DNA of 64,000 bases. It comes from a virus. The notes beneath the pieces were generated by a model that searched no databases, had not been told where the DNA came from, and saw only the letters and a program-made list of their open reading frames with translations. The first letter of the stretch is position 1, and each line of letters starts with the position of its first letter. The position numbers and the translations under genes are program-made. The stretch covers positions 96,001-160,000 of the IMG/VR virus record IMGVR_UViG_3300005466_000024; one strand, 5' to 3'. Positions 9,122 through 17,483 of this stretch are shown piece by piece.

Positions 9122-10810
9122 TTACACGCGGCTTGCCGAGAAGTCCGCGATCAGCTGCGGCACGGTGGAGTCGAAGCCCGAGATGTCCATCTGCCGCAGC
9201 GGATCCCGGGGGTCGCACACGCTGGTGCCGGTGGCAGTCATGGCGACGACGACCAGCTTGGCATCGATGCCCATCTTCTGACGGTACTGCTCCAGCGCCT
9301 GGTACGGGTGGACGTCCCCAGCCCAGGTCTCGTTGTCGGTCCAGACCGTGAAGGTGTCGATCGCCACCTTGTTGGCCGCCGCCCACAGCATCGGCAGGGC
9401 CACGTCGGTGCCCCCGGCGGACAGCTGGCTGATGTAGCGGACCACATCGTCCAGCCGACGGCGGGGACTGATGTCCAGCTCGGTGAGGCCACGGCCGCCC
9501 CGGCCGATACCCCTCTGCCACCCACCCGAGCAGAAGCCGGCCACCCGGTAGTCCTTCTCGGTGTTGGCGGTCACCAGGGAGATGGCCGCGCACGCCTCCC
9601 GCGGCGCGAGTGGCAGGCCCGAGCAGTCCAACCAGTCCGCCACCTTGCCCGCCATCGACAGCGACACGTCCAGCGCGATCAGGGTGCGCTTGTTGGCGGG
9701 TTCCACCGCGCCGTAGGACGCGTAGAACGCGGCATCGAGCGCGTCGGTGATCCGGCGATGCGGTGTCCAGTTCAGCTTGCCCTTCTCGCCGTGGCCCTGG
9801 GCGTAGGTCTTCTGCGCCACCAGCACGTCGACCGGGTGCACGCGGGCCCGCTTGAGCACCTCGGGGTTCTGCAGCTGATCGGCAACCAGCTTCATCGTGC
9901 CCGAACCCAGGTTCAGGTTGGTGATCCGCGGCAGCTGGCGCAGCAGCGCGGTCTGCGGCAGGGTGTGGCTGATCAACGACTCCCAGACCAGCGCCTCGTT
10001 GAGGTACTCGTCGGGGATCATCTCCCAACTGATGTTGCCGTTGTCGTTGAGCACCGCGAGCACGTCGCGCACATGGGTGGCCGACCGCAGTCGCCGATAG
10101 GCCTCGACCAGTTCGGGCAGCGGGGTGTCGACCGGGTTGCCATACAGATCCCGGCCCTCGCCGTGGGCCTTGCGGCGGGTGCCGGCGCTCGGGCTGGTGG
10201 CCGCCAGCCAGTTGTACAGCGCGTTGTGCGCGGCATCGCCGACCGGGTGGGCCTGGCGCAGCACGTCGTCGTGGCGCATGTTCTCCCGGTTGCGGTACTT
10301 GAGCACCTGGTAGGCGACTTGGTCGACGGGCTTCTCGTTGTACCAGCGGGCGATGGCCTTGACGAACGCGGGGCCCCAGCCGCGGAACTGTTCGGCGTAC
10401 TTGATGAACGTGAACAGCGTGGAACCGGTTCGCGCCACCTGGGGCAGCACCGCCAGGGCGGTGCGCCGGGCGTCGTCAGTGCCGTGGCTGGCCGCAACGG
10501 CCAGAGCGAACAGCGCCGGGTTCTGCTTGGGGGCACGGCCAGCCACGGAGATCTCAACGATGTGGTTGATGACCTTCACCGGGTCGGCGGCTATCGCGCG
10601 GAACAGCACGTCGGCGTTCTCGCGGGTCAGATCCTTCGCCGACGTGTAGTACGTGGAATCGGCCGTGCCCAACGTCAGGAACCGATGCAGCCTGGCTTCG
10701 TCGCTGATCTCGAAGACGTAGCCTCCGGCAGCGTTTTGCACCTGCTCGAGGCGCGCCTTCTGGTGTTGCGGCGTGCTACGGGTGCTGATCGAAGTCAGGA
10801 TATCGGCCAT
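9122..10810 (-). CDS. rsr: Ro60 ortholog (TROVE + vWA domains)
   Basis: QNAAGGYVF, RFLTLGT..STYY, GWGP, KYRNR, DVSLSM (MIDAS), TDNETWAG, DISGFDS. Confidence 0.95.
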   Translation of the reverse strand: MADILTSISTRSTPQHQKARLEQVQNAAGGYVFEISDEARLHRFLTLGTADSTYYTSAKDLTRENADVLFRAIAADPVKVINHIVEISVAGRAPKQNPALFALAVAASHGTDDARRTALAVLPQVARTGSTLFTFIKYAEQFRGWGPAFVKAIARWYNEKPVDQVAYQVLKYRNRENMRHDDVLRQAHPVGDAAHNALYNWLAATSPSAGTRRKAHGEGRDLYGNPVDTPLPELVEAYRRLRSATHVRDVLAVLNDNGNISWEMIPDEYLNEALVWESLISHTLPQTALLRQLPRITNLNLGSGTMKLVADQLQNPEVLKRARVHPVDVLVAQKTYAQGHGEKGKLNWTPHRRITDALDAAFYASYGAVEPANKRTLIALDVSLSMAGKVADWLDCSGLPLAPREACAAISLVTANTEKDYRVAGFCSGGWQRGIGRGGRGLTELDISPRRRLDDVVRYISQLSAGGTDVALPMLWAAANKVAIDTFTVWTDNETWAGDVHPYQALEQYRQKMGIDAKLVVVAMTATGTSVCDPRDPLRQMDISGFDSTVPQLIADFSASRV

Positions 10811-10837
10811 TGTCGATTTTTCTCCCTCTGGATTCGG

Positions 10838-10978
10838 GGTGTGGGCATCGATAGGTGAGCACCGGGAACCCTTTCGGGCACTTGCTCTGCCAACTGAGCT
10901 ACGGGGCCGGGGCCCCGGCAGGATTCGAACCTGCGACCCAGTGATTAACAGTTAACCGATGTTCGTCCGGCTCACACC
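10838..10978 (-). ncRNA. YrlA-like Y RNA 1 (141 nt), circularly permuted tRNA mimic, Asn-like
   Basis: Terminal stem GGTGTGAGC/GCCCACACC; inside, CTGTTAA, then T arm GCAGG-TTCGAAT-CCTGC, a closed acceptor hairpin, then D arm GCTC-AGTTGGCA-GAGC. Confidence 0.85.
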
Positions 10979-10992
10979 GTCTTCAGTTTTGG

Positions 10993-11128
10993 GGATGCGG
11001 GCATCCATTGGCGCCGACCGGGTTTTAGCGACTTAGGCCACTCGTCCATACCTGTTCCCAGGCAACGGGATTTGAACCCGTGTCTCTCTCTTGCAGGGAG
11101 ATAACCAATCAACTTCCGGCTCGCATCC
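10993..11128 (-). ncRNA. YrlA-like Y RNA 2 (136 nt), circularly permuted tRNA mimic, Cys-like
   Basis: Stem GGATGCGAGC/GCCCGCATCC; CTGCAAG loop; T arm ACGGG-TTCAAAT-CCCGT; acceptor TGCCTG-GGAA-CAGGTA; D arm GAC-GAGTGGCCTAA-GTC. Confidence 0.8.
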
Positions 11129-11138
11129 AACGTTAGGG

Positions 11139-11213
11139 GGTGCAGGCATCCATGTAGTGACTCCCGGGGGGTATCTTCACATTAGATAACCGAGTGTCAT
11201 TCCGGCTTGCACC
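11139..11213 (-). ncRNA. Minimal Y RNA 3 (75 nt)
   Basis: GGTGCAAGCCGGA...CTCGGTTA...ATGGATGCCTGCACC; same motifs and covarying stems, no tRNA domain. Confidence 0.75.
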
Positions 11214-11233
11214 GATATCCAATTCTTGTGCAG

Positions 11234-11303
11234 AGAGCAGGCATCCATAGACGAGACCGAATTTTCGTGGCTGGAAGGTAACCGATCTCATGCGGCTTGC
11301 CCC
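11234..11303 (-). ncRNA. Minimal Y RNA 4 (70 nt)
   Basis: GGGGCAAGCCGCA...ATCGGTTA...ATGGATGCCTGCTCT; second stem TGAGATCG/CGGTCTCG. Confidence 0.7.
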
Positions 11304-11361
11304 CTGTGGCATCGTCGACCTTACTGCTTTCGGTCACCGACCACCAACTTCTTTTCCGCGT

Positions 11362-11775
11362 TCAGCGGGTCGCCGTTCTCCGCTTCAAGCATTCCCGGTG
11401 GATCTTGGTGAAGGTTTCCGCGTCGGGGTCGGGTTGCCACGAGTCCGTGTCGAGGATCACGTGTCCGCACCCGCTGCACTGGTCGCCGGTGATCGGCACC
11501 GACGCCACCGTAGTGGGCGGATTCAGGGACTCCCCGCCGCGCCGGCGTGACTCGAACGGACTGTCCCCGTCGTGGGGCATCCGCAGGGATGACACCTTCT
11601 CGCGGGCACTCTGCGCCCGGGCCACTGTCTGGGCGCGCCACCCGGCGTAGGCTGCCGCCTCGTCACCGTCGTAGAAGCGACACACCTCACGGCTGCCGCC
11701 CTCCCCCTTCACCTCGTAAACCCCGTGGCGCAGACCGCCCTCGTAGGGGTCACTGATCACCGTGTACTGAGTCAT
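11362..11775 (-). CDS. Hypothetical protein
   Basis: ORF directly upstream of the Y RNA array; C-terminal CxxC. Confidence 0.55.
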   Translation of the reverse strand: MTQYTVISDPYEGGLRHGVYEVKGEGGSREVCRFYDGDEAAAYAGWRAQTVARAQSAREKVSSLRMPHDGDSPFESRRRGGESLNPPTTVASVPITGDQCSGCGHVILDTDSWQPDPDAETFTKIHRECLKRRTATR

Positions 11776-12913
11776 TGCCCACCTCCACCCCTTCCAGCAG
11801 CTCCACGTAGCGCGGCTTCAGGCTGTCCCAGCTGTGCCGGTGCGCCCAGTCCCGCGCCGCGGCTTGGCCATCGACGAACAGGGTCGCGTCGGTGGCGAAC
11901 TCGTCGATCTTGGCGGCCAGCATCCGTGGATCGACCTCGAAGACGTCGATCCACACACGGGTCAGCAGTCGGTCGACCTTTCGTGAAGGTACGGCCCAGG
12001 TACGCCGCGCGTGCGCCTGGGCGTACACGTCGTGGGCACCGAAGATGACCGGCATGCCAGCCGCCATAGCCTCTTGACATGGAAGGGATAAGCCAGCGAA
12101 TCGTCTGGGCGCCACCAGTACGTCCTGTCCCTCGTACAGTTCCTCGTAGCAATCGACATCATTCTCTTCGACCACCATTTCCACGTTGGCGGGCAATCGC
12201 ACCTGCGTAGCTCTCACGAGCTGGTCGATGTATCCCGGTAGCAAACACCTGAACGTGATCGTGATCTCGGACTTCACATGGGGCAGCGCCCGCAACACGT
12301 CGGTCGTGCCGCCCCTGTCCTTGACCGCTGGTCTACCTGCAACATGCAAAAATGCTGTAGCATGACTGTGGTTGCCATATGGTGCGGTCGGTTGGTTACG
12401 GTGGGCTAAGGCCTGGCTACTTTGAGGTTGCCCCCGAGCTTGCTCGGGGGCAACTTTCTGAAACCGTTCGGTGGCCACCGGCACCGGCAGCAAGATCTTG
12501 GGTTCCGGCAGTTGGTCCCATAGCCACGGTCCCGGCGCACAAAACAGATCAGGCCGCGGCAGGTTCGTGTTCTGTATGTGATCGCAGAACTCGGGATTCA
12601 CGTGAAGTAGGGTTCTTATCCCGCGTTCACGCGCCGATCGCACCAAATCCCAGGTATAAAACGTTTCCGCACTGTAAACGACATCCAATCCGTCCAGGAA
12701 TTCGTTGATCTGCCCGGTAGTGGGATGCCATCCCTTGATCACCTGGGCGTCAGGATAAGTAAAAACCCGCCTCTTGTTGCAATTGTCGGCTTTGTTGTAG
12801 AGGTCCGATACGTCGATCTCCAATATCTTGTCGGGATGAAGATGGGCATACATTTCATATGTCTGTATCCCCAACCCGGAGCAATCGTTACGCGCTATCA
12901 GGCCCCACGTCAT
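11750..12913 (-). CDS. GT-B (GT4-like) glycosyltransferase
   Basis: MTWGLIAR..SGLG start; DVLVAPRRFAGLSLPCQEAMAAGMPVI; ATGA overlap at 12913. Confidence 0.75.
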   Translation of the reverse strand: MTWGLIARNDCSGLGIQTYEMYAHLHPDKILEIDVSDLYNKADNCNKRRVFTYPDAQVIKGWHPTTGQINEFLDGLDVVYSAETFYTWDLVRSARERGIRTLLHVNPEFCDHIQNTNLPRPDLFCAPGPWLWDQLPEPKILLPVPVATERFQKVAPEQARGQPQSSQALAHRNQPTAPYGNHSHATAFLHVAGRPAVKDRGGTTDVLRALPHVKSEITITFRCLLPGYIDQLVRATQVRLPANVEMVVEENDVDCYEELYEGQDVLVAPRRFAGLSLPCQEAMAAGMPVIFGAHDVYAQAHARRTWAVPSRKVDRLLTRVWIDVFEVDPRMLAAKIDEFATDATLFVDGQAAARDWAHRHSWDSLKPRYVELLEGVEVGNDSVHGDQ

Positions 12914-13209
12914 TTGTTTTCCGGCCGCCAGGAGAACCATTCGTCGAGCGCCTGGGATAGGTTCACGTGGCCACCGCCCTGCATGGAGGTGAACTCGTCG
13001 CCGCGGGTCCAGCTCAGCCCGTTGAGTAGGCCGGCGTGGTTGTACCCGACCTCGATCTGCTTGTCCAGCTCGGGTTGTCTGAGGATCAGTGGCTCGCGGG
13101 AGACCACCACCCAGCCGTGTTTGGCGCCGCGTTTGACGAGCCGGTCCTTGTCGGCATCGACTCGCAGCTGGCCCACCGGGCGTGGTTTGTCGTCTGGATT
13201 CACGGGCAT
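12910..13209 (-). CDS. Hypothetical protein
   Basis: Translationally coupled ORF between glycosyltransferase genes. Confidence 0.55.
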   Translation of the reverse strand: MPVNPDDKPRPVGQLRVDADKDRLVKRGAKHGWVVVSREPLILRQPELDKQIEVGYNHAGLLNGLSWTRGDEFTSMQGGGHVNLSQALDEWFSWRPENK

Positions 13210-13913
13210 TTCGGGTCTCCTGCACGGCCGTCGAGGTGGTATGAGCGTTGCATATTGGGGCCAGGATTGTAGAGGTGCACGCAGTATTGGTTCCACCCTG
13301 CCATCCCGTAGGTCTTGTAGGCGTCGGCCAGCACGCCGTGCATGACGTCTTCGATGAATCCGTGTCGCCCGTCGAGGTGGTCGGCGTGGATGCGCCGGTA
13401 GAACGCCAGGCTGGCGACGTGCGGGCGCTGCGACCACTGGCTGGTGCGGATGAAGCCGCTGTCGTCGCCGTGCACCATGTGTTCGTGATCGGGCAGGATC
13501 TGCGATTCGTGGTGCAGGCGCACGCAGTTGGATCGCCCGCTGGACACGAATCCGCTGATCAGGTCGAAGTCGATGTGCTCGTCGATGACCATGGGGGTGT
13601 CCTGTTCGACGTAGGCCACGAGGGGGGTTTCCACGAGGTTCAGTGCGTGCGCCAGCATGCCGATTTGGTGGTGGTGTTCATCGAAGATTATCGGGCAGAT
13701 GTTGCCGTAGTGGTGGTCGGCCAGCCACAGGGCGTTGGCGATGTGTTCCTCGTAGGCCTGGCGGCGGTGTTCCAGGTGCGGCGCGGCACCGTCGAAGGTC
13801 AGGATGATCTCGGCGTCGGGCAGCCAGTGGCGCACCGAATCGAGGGTTTCGGTGAGGATCGCGGTGTCGGGGTGACTGGGGATCGGGCTGACCGGGACGA
13901 TGGCGGTGATCAT
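13200..13913 (-). CDS. GT-A (GT2-like) glycosyltransferase, paralog A
   Basis: ITAIVPVSPIPSHP, ILTFDG, YVEQD, TSQWSQRPHV. Confidence 0.65.
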   Translation of the reverse strand: MITAIVPVSPIPSHPDTAILTETLDSVRHWLPDAEIILTFDGAAPHLEHRRQAYEEHIANALWLADHHYGNICPIIFDEHHHQIGMLAHALNLVETPLVAYVEQDTPMVIDEHIDFDLISGFVSSGRSNCVRLHHESQILPDHEHMVHGDDSGFIRTSQWSQRPHVASLAFYRRIHADHLDGRHGFIEDVMHGVLADAYKTYGMAGWNQYCVHLYNPGPNMQRSYHLDGRAGDPKCP

Positions 13914-14642
13914 CTAGTACACCTGCTGGGCTTCGAACTTGGATTCGGTGCGCCGCCCGTCCAGGTGCAGCAGGTATTTGATGTCGTCCTCGGGCCAGTA
14001 GATGTGCAGGCGGAACTTCTCGGGGCAGGTTTCGGAGGCCGCCCCCCACATGCGGTCTTCGATGAAGCAGTTGGCGTCCGGTGAGAAGTGTTCGGTCAGG
14101 ATCCGCCGGTACAGCTCGGTGCTGGCGACGTGCACGTTCTGCGACCACTGCGTGGTGCGCAGAAACCGTGCGTCGATCTCGTCGCGGCCGTGCATCAGGT
14201 AGGCGTGGGCGTCGGGCATCGTCTCGCGTAGATATAGGCGTACCAGGTCGGACCGGCCGGACAGGATGAATTCCGCAATGCCGGGGAAGTCTATCCGGCG
14301 TCCGACGCGTAGCGGCATGTCGTGCTCGACGTACATCAACAGCGGGGTGTCGATCTGGTCGATGGCGTGGCGCATCATGCCGACCTGGTGTTGGTGGGTA
14401 TCGAACTCAAGGATTCGCACTGGGCGCCCGAATTTGCCGGTGTCGGACATCCGGTGGACCCGTGCGATGTGCTCGGTGTACTGCTCGCGCAGGTGCTGCT
14501 GCTCGGCGCGCACACCGTCGAACGTGAGCAGGATGTCGACCCCGGGCAGGTGGTGGCGCACGGAGTCGATGGTGGCGGTGAGGATGTCGGCGTCGGGGTG
14601 TGCGGGGATGGGGCTGACCGGGATCACGACGGTGATCAGCAC
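13914..14642 (-). CDS. GT-A (GT2-like) glycosyltransferase, paralog B
   Basis: ITVVIPVSPIPAHP, LLTFDG, YVEHD, TTQWSQNVHV; GTG start inferred. Confidence 0.65.
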   Translation of the reverse strand: MLITVVIPVSPIPAHPDADILTATIDSVRHHLPGVDILLTFDGVRAEQQHLREQYTEHIARVHRMSDTGKFGRPVRILEFDTHQHQVGMMRHAIDQIDTPLLMYVEHDMPLRVGRRIDFPGIAEFILSGRSDLVRLYLRETMPDAHAYLMHGRDEIDARFLRTTQWSQNVHVASTELYRRILTEHFSPDANCFIEDRMWGAASETCPEKFRLHIYWPEDDIKYLLHLDGRRTESKFEAQQVY

Positions 14643-15511
14643 GACGCCCCCAATGCGCGCAGGTCGGCGCGCAGGCGCCGGGCCATGCGCCGTTTCTCGC
14701 CGATCCACCAGGCGGTGATGCGGTTGGCCGCGCGTGGGTAGTCGCGCAGGGCGTCATCGATGTAGCCGGGCAGGTCGGAGTACTTCTCGATGACCGGCAT
14801 CGGGGTGTTGGGGTACAGGCGTCGCCAGTAGCCACGGCTGTCGTAGGCGATGGTGATGTCGTCGGCGATCGGGATGGTGTGCGCAGCCAGGGCTTCGTAG
14901 GTGCGGAAGGTGTCCGGTGTGGCCGGTCCGGCCGGTGCGGGCGCGACTTTCGCGGTGGTCATCATGGTGGCGTAGACATCGGTGGACACGCCTTCGTCGC
15001 AGGCGGCGAAGTTCTTGGTGCGGTAGATCAGTGCGTTGTGGTGGCTGGCCAGCAGGGTTTCGAAGCATTCGTGACGCCGCTCATGGGTGTCCTGGGCGGC
15101 GATGAACACGTCGGTGCTGCGCCGCGGTGGCGGGCCGCCGAGGGTGTTGAATGCGGGTGTGTACCCGACACCGAACAGGTAGGCGGCACCGTAGTCCGTG
15201 TCGGTGCGCGGGGTCTGGACCCACCAGGCGATGTTGGGGTGGCTGATCGCGGTGGGCGCCAGCCAGTCCTCCTCGTCGGAGACGCGGATCGCCAGCACCC
15301 ACTCGTAGCGGCCCAGTTGGGCGTTGAGCTGATCGGTGCGTTCGTGCCAGTGGCGCCCGGGGATGACGATGATCGCCCCGTTGTCGGGGGGCCAGGTGTC
15401 GTGGCGGCGGAACTGCAGGCCGGTCGGGTAGAGCCGGTTGGCGAATAGTTGCGCAAGGGTGTTCTGGTCCCAGCATTCCTGTGGGGGCAGCCACCCGACG
15501 TGGATCACCAT
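14636..15511 (-). CDS. Glycosyltransferase-like protein (exostosin/GT47-like C-terminus)
   Basis: AKVAPAPAG...DTFRTYEAL....IPI pattern; position inside the cluster. Confidence 0.6.
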   Translation of the reverse strand: MVIHVGWLPPQECWDQNTLAQLFANRLYPTGLQFRRHDTWPPDNGAIIVIPGRHWHERTDQLNAQLGRYEWVLAIRVSDEEDWLAPTAISHPNIAWWVQTPRTDTDYGAAYLFGVGYTPAFNTLGGPPPRRSTDVFIAAQDTHERRHECFETLLASHHNALIYRTKNFAACDEGVSTDVYATMMTTAKVAPAPAGPATPDTFRTYEALAAHTIPIADDITIAYDSRGYWRRLYPNTPMPVIEKYSDLPGYIDDALRDYPRAANRITAWWIGEKRRMARRLRADLRALGASC

Positions 15512-16536
15512 GGGTTCCTCGTCAGGCGCACCCCGCTGGGTGGTACGGGCTGATCCATGACACTGCGCGATACCCGTGGCGGCGGCGCCGCCACGTAGTT
15601 TTCACCGAGCACCTCGTGCAGGATGGTTTCCCACCGATGCCGGTAGGTGTAGTTGTTCTTGACGTGCTCGTGGCCGGCCAGCCGGATCCGTTCCCGCTCC
15701 TCGTCGTGGGTCAGGTAGTGGTCGATCTTGGCCCGCAATCCCTTCCAGTCGTTGTACTGGTAGAGCACCAGGTGCTCGCCATCGACGTAGTCGTCTTCGA
15801 GGCCGGTGATGCGGGGGTGGATGAGGAAGCCGCCCCGGCCCAGCGTTTCGGGGATGCGATCACTGAAGTAGGGGCCGTAGGTGAACTTGGGACAGAAGGT
15901 GTCGCCGACGATCACCTTGGCGTCGGCGTACACCTGGTTGAGTGCGGCACCGCGCACGACGATGCCGGCGTCCTGCCCGTAGAGCCGGAACCGGTTACCG
16001 TAGGTCTTCCTCAACCAGTCGATGAGCTTGGGCCGGTACGGCCACTCCGGGTGATACCGCTCGGAGCCGACGAACCCGACGTCGAACCGGTCGGCGCTGG
16101 GGGTCGCACAGTAGGTCTCCTCGGCGAGCACCCCAGGAGGCAGGTAGTGGCCCTTCACTGCGGTGTTGGCGTTGAGCCAGTCGGCCAGCGGGCCGTCCGC
16201 CGTGAAGAAGTGGTCCAGGCCGCGGATGTAGAGCTCGTTGCGGTAGGTCTCCCATCGCTGCGGCAGTCCGTAGAACAGGTCGAGGTGGTAGGCGACGCGG
16301 GGGATGCGCAGCCGGGCGAGCACCTGTTCCATGGTGAGGTTGCCGGTGGGGCGCACCTCATGGGGGTGCACCCACACGAACAGGTTGGTCTGCGCGGCCC
16401 GGCCCAGGATCTGGTCGGTGGAGGTGTTGGTTTCCTGGATCTGCACGACGGTGTGACCCAGGGACTCCAGTGACCGGGTGTGGTGGACTTCCGAGCACCA
16501 GGGTGCCTGGAAATTACCCAGCAACGCGATGATCAT
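15505..16536 (-). CDS. GT-B glycosyltransferase (CgeB-like)
   Basis: DVGFVGS..YHPEW.YR, YFSDRIPETLGRGGFLIHP; ATG at 16536. Confidence 0.75.
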   Translation of the reverse strand: MIIALLGNFQAPWCSEVHHTRSLESLGHTVVQIQETNTSTDQILGRAAQTNLFVWVHPHEVRPTGNLTMEQVLARLRIPRVAYHLDLFYGLPQRWETYRNELYIRGLDHFFTADGPLADWLNANTAVKGHYLPPGVLAEETYCATPSADRFDVGFVGSERYHPEWPYRPKLIDWLRKTYGNRFRLYGQDAGIVVRGAALNQVYADAKVIVGDTFCPKFTYGPYFSDRIPETLGRGGFLIHPRITGLEDDYVDGEHLVLYQYNDWKGLRAKIDHYLTHDEERERIRLAGHEHVKNNYTYRHRWETILHEVLGENYVAAPPPRVSRSVMDQPVPPSGVRLTRNPW

Positions 16537-16688
16537 CGGCCGCGGATCCTGGCGTCGACGATTTCGGCGCACGGTTCGCACAGCCAGCACGGTGTGTGGC
16601 CGATGAGCCGGAGCACCTTCCCGGGGTGGGGGCAGTCCGGGCGGGCGCAGTCGGGGGCCACGTGGTGTTTGTCGGCGTAACGGGACAT
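16533..16688 (-). CDS. Small Cys-rich protein
   Basis: MSRYADKH...DCARPDCPH...CWLCEPC; its TGA overlaps the next ATG. Confidence 0.45.
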   Translation of the reverse strand: MSRYADKHHVAPDCARPDCPHPGKVLRLIGHTPCWLCEPCAEIVDARIRGR

Positions 16689-16928
16689 CAGTACCGAATA
16701 CCACTCGGCGATTCGCCGGGTTCCGTGGAAGTAGTGGTGGCAGACATATTCGCCCTTTACCGTGCGGGACGCCTATCGGCGTGTCGCACGGTAAACGGAG
16801 CCGTCGCGCCGACACTTAATCATGGGCACTACCCAACTTCCGTTGCCTTATCCACTGGCCTGGGGTCGCCGATGGCGATGGCATGGATGGGAATTGGAAT
16901 TCTTCCTCCGACGCACCTGGCGGTCATC

Positions 16929-17183
16929 GTGGCCTACTCACTGTGCAGACACTGCCATCACCCCCGCGACAAACACCGCGACCTTGACTTGAAGTGCTCC
17001 ATAACGATCTTGACCAACTGGGACGAGGCCGCGCGACTGTTCGCTGGTGATCGGTCCTGCGATTGCCCCGGGTACTGCGGTACCGGGCTGGATGCCCCGT
17101 GCCGAACCGACTGCCCGCACGAATACGTCGAGGACGATCCGAAGTGTGTGTGTTGTGGTCGACCCGCCCCGGCGAGTAGCTGA
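16929..17183 (+). CDS. Cys/His-rich hypothetical protein
   Basis: CRHCHH...H, CDCPGYC, CVCC; GC3-rich; start inferred. Confidence 0.5.
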   Translation: MAYSLCRHCHHPRDKHRDLDLKCSITILTNWDEAARLFAGDRSCDCPGYCGTGLDAPCRTDCPHEYVEDDPKCVCCGRPAPASS

Positions 17184-17191
17184 CCACGTCA

Positions 17192-17413
17192 TCACTCCGT
17201 CAGTGCCATGGCGGCAGCACCCTGATCCTCTGCCACAACCCCGCGCCGGCGCATGTTCCATGCGGTTTCCCCCAGTCGCCGGGAAACGTCCAGTAGCGCA
17301 TGCTCCTTGTCGCTGGATCCCGTGTACGCCAGTCTTCGTATCTCGATGGCCAGTCCACTGAGGTCGTTGGCGAGGTCGTGGACACTCATGGGCATGGGCA
17401 TGGGGGTATCCAC
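17192..17413 (-). CDS. Hypothetical protein
   Basis: Helical ORF with phage-like codon use. Confidence 0.5.
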   Translation of the reverse strand: MDTPMPMPMSVHDLANDLSGLAIEIRRLAYTGSSDKEHALLDVSRRLGETAWNMRRRGVVAEDQGAAAMALTE

Positions 17414-17432
17414 ACTCTCTGTAATTCGTTGG

Positions 17433-17455
17433 GACTCACCGAATTTCGGTGAGTC
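17433..17455. promoter_or_regulatory. Perfect intergenic palindrome
   Basis: GACTCACCGAA-T-TTCGGTGAGTC. Confidence 0.55.
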
Positions 17456-17483
17456 TCCGTTCTATCACAGCGGTGCGGATATG

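Noticed and set aside
8277-10028. N-terminal part of the 831-aa ORF 7533..10028
   Set aside because: Arg/Pro/Gly-rich off-frame read of rsr and the GT gene; only the last 247 codons look real
10838-10978. Canonical tRNA-Asn call
   Set aside because: The T arm precedes the D arm and the acceptor is closed by a loop, so it is a permuted mimic
10838-11303. CRISPR array
   Set aside because: Units vary from 70 to 141 nt, conserve paired ends rather than one direct repeat, and no cas genes are present
11306-11344. Possible fifth Y RNA in the array (hairpin ending GATGCCAC)
   Set aside because: Has the 3' GATGCC but lacks the AGCCG and GGTTA motifs and the second-stem geometry
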